From NCBI GenBank assembly GCA_024137785.1, contig JAHRHZ010000289.1, positions 20,706,512 through 20,770,511 of the forward strand: a stretch of DNA of 64,000 nt. Direction: 5' to 3'. Below are positions 62,145 through 64,000 of this stretch, piece by piece. The translations under genes were made by a program, and so were the position numbers. Each line of letters begins with the position of its first letter. The first letter of the stretch is position 1. Source of the DNA: Ginglymostoma cirratum. Taxonomy: Eukaryota. The notes beneath the pieces are model-generated. The model was given only the letters and a program-made list of their open reading frames with translations. It was not told where the DNA came from and did not search any database.

Positions 62145-62930
62145 AAACAAGAAGGAACGATGATGAAGGTGGAACGGGAGTTCAGATATCAATGAGGTGG
62201 TGGAGGCAGAGAGGGATTTGATAGGGAGAGAGGTGTATATGAGACGGGAAGAGAAGATGGAAGAGAAAAGAATACCAGAAAGGAAAGCACCTTTGGAAAA
62301 TTGAGACACAGAAGGGTGAGCAATGGAGAAGAGAGGTTGAGAAGAGGAAGGAGGAAAGGGTGCTCCAAGCATGATAGAGAAAAAGGAAAAGGGAAGAGAC
62401 AGGTGTTGGGAAGAGAGCAATAAGGGTGTTGACGGGAAACAGATTTATGAAGAAAGATGAGAAAGATAAAGGATGCCCAGAAGAGGGCAAAAGAAGTGGA
62501 AGAGAGACACACAGCAGAATATAAAACATAGGAGAGTGGTGTATCATACAACTCTTGGAACCTGCTCCACTATTCAATATGATTTTTTGGTTCACTGCAA
62601 CTTTCCCACCTGCTTCCCATGTCCTTTAGTTTCCTGAGGGGAGGTTACAGGAGAAGGACAGGAGAGGAAATGAGGAGTATTAGAAAAGCAGAGAAGATGA
62701 TAGAGGAGGAGTTTGGGAAGAAAAGAAGGATAAAAGATGAACAGGACAGAAAAGCAAATTGGACTAGGACTGGTAGGAATTAGGAAATAGGCAGACGGTG
62801 TTAGAAATAGACAAATGGAGAAAAGCAGGAGGATAAGAGGAACAGGAAGTGGCAATAGGGAAGAAGAGATCAAAGGAGAAAAGAAGGGAAGTGTGGAGGG
62901 GACAAGAAAGGGAGGGAATGAGAGCGGGCA
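62145..62930. repeat. Purine-rich (GA) low-complexity tract with a small CR1 tail at ~62540-62640
   Basis: The plus strand is almost entirely A/G; the ORFs here are S/F/L/P-rich artefacts. Confidence 0.8.
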
Positions 62931-64000
62931 ATATACAGTGACCTGCATGATAGGCTCAGACTAAGAGCAATGGTGCAGAGGCCATAGATGTGCCAGAAGC
63001 ATTCAGAGTGGACAGGCAGCGGTATCAAAAAGAATCTAATTGGATTGGCGCCCCACCTACCTCATTGGATCTCACATGTCCTGTTAATGGTCTTTCTTAC
63101 TGAGCAAGTATTCAGTTGCATGAGGGATTCCTCACAGGCACTATTTAAAGGGCTAACCACGCAAGTTTTGAATAAAATTGTCCTGACAATTTTTTACTGC
63201 TGCACAGTGGAAATGCAAGTGTTTTCAAACAGCTCTGTCTCTGGCTTTGAAGTTGAACAGCACACAACAGGCAGCAGCTGTCTGGGCTATCTGATTGGTG
63301 GAAAATTAGGTTTTATAATTTTGAGAGCACCATAGGTTGAAACAAAATCTACATTACAGTCCTATCATTGATCAGATTACCTTCTCACAATTCGAAGTCC
63401 TTTCGTGATTAACATGTTGTACAAAATGGAAACTACAGACAATCTTCGAGCAATGGGACCAAAGTCCTGAACAGGAATCCAACCCTATTTTTCTTCATTA
63501 AGCCTGAGGAAAAGCGATTCCCAGTGAAGATTTACCTTTAGAGTTTCCATAACAATGTGAACGTTGTTATGGCTGAAGTTAAGGGATGATTAATGTCTCT
63601 ATTTTCAGAACTTCTTCTCACTGAAATCTTGTGAAATAGAAAACACTATTTTTGAGTTCAGTTTAGTGTTCACTGGCATGATTGAGATCCGTAAAACAGC
63701 TGTCAGTTTTTTTTTGCAACATGTTTTATATTATTGTTTGATCCTACCACTTTTTTCACATAAAAAAAAGGGAGATACATTCTACTTAAGATTTAGCTGA
63801 TGTTAACCCTTTCTGGTCACAGCCAAGTGAACAATATACTAGTTCAACAAGAAGCTAAATGAGCCATAAGTTACAACAATTGTGTGCCTGGCTTTCTTCT
63901 TTATACCTTCAGTGTGAGATTCTACACAGTGAAGATTTATGATTCCTGTTCTCCTGTCATCTCCTCCCATTTACAAAGTTGGGACTTCCATTTCCTGAAT

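Noticed and set aside
62034-62948. Hydrophobic 118-137 aa ORFs resembling membrane proteins
   Set aside because: They are translations of a pyrimidine-rich low-complexity strand.
1-64000. CRISPR arrays, rRNA genes, prokaryotic operons
   Set aside because: There is no repeat-spacer periodicity or rRNA-like sequence; the content is eukaryotic repeat DNA.

Overview
Repeat-dense, AT-rich vertebrate DNA that is intergenic or intronic. Its repeats (HE1-type V-SINE, SacSINE1/DeuSINE-like SINE, HER1/CR1 LINEs) point to a shark genome; this is inference. I found no host protein-coding gene with confidence. Most ORFs in the track are transposon fragments, their antisense frames or low-complexity artefacts, and there are two 400-N gaps. 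Identified elements: five large Neptune-type Penelope-like retroelements (PLEs; RT plus GIY-YIG endonuclease), CR1 and L2 LINE fragments, a second CR1-group LINE family, a Gypsy relic, solo LTRs, PIF/Harbinger derivatives with Myb/SANT relics, and SINEs. The main signal is about 20 intact or decayed minimal hammerhead-ribozyme (HHR) motifs (CUGANGA-A-stem II-GAAAC-GUH) from several PLE families, whose stems covary between families. They occur at PLE 3' ends and also as 90-240 bp stand-alone mini-elements that start at the ribozyme. Several of these fold back into head-to-head twin-hammerhead palindromes and are flanked by 11-15 bp target-site duplications (TSDs). This is a candidate non-autonomous, ribozyme-headed element system mobilised by PLEs.
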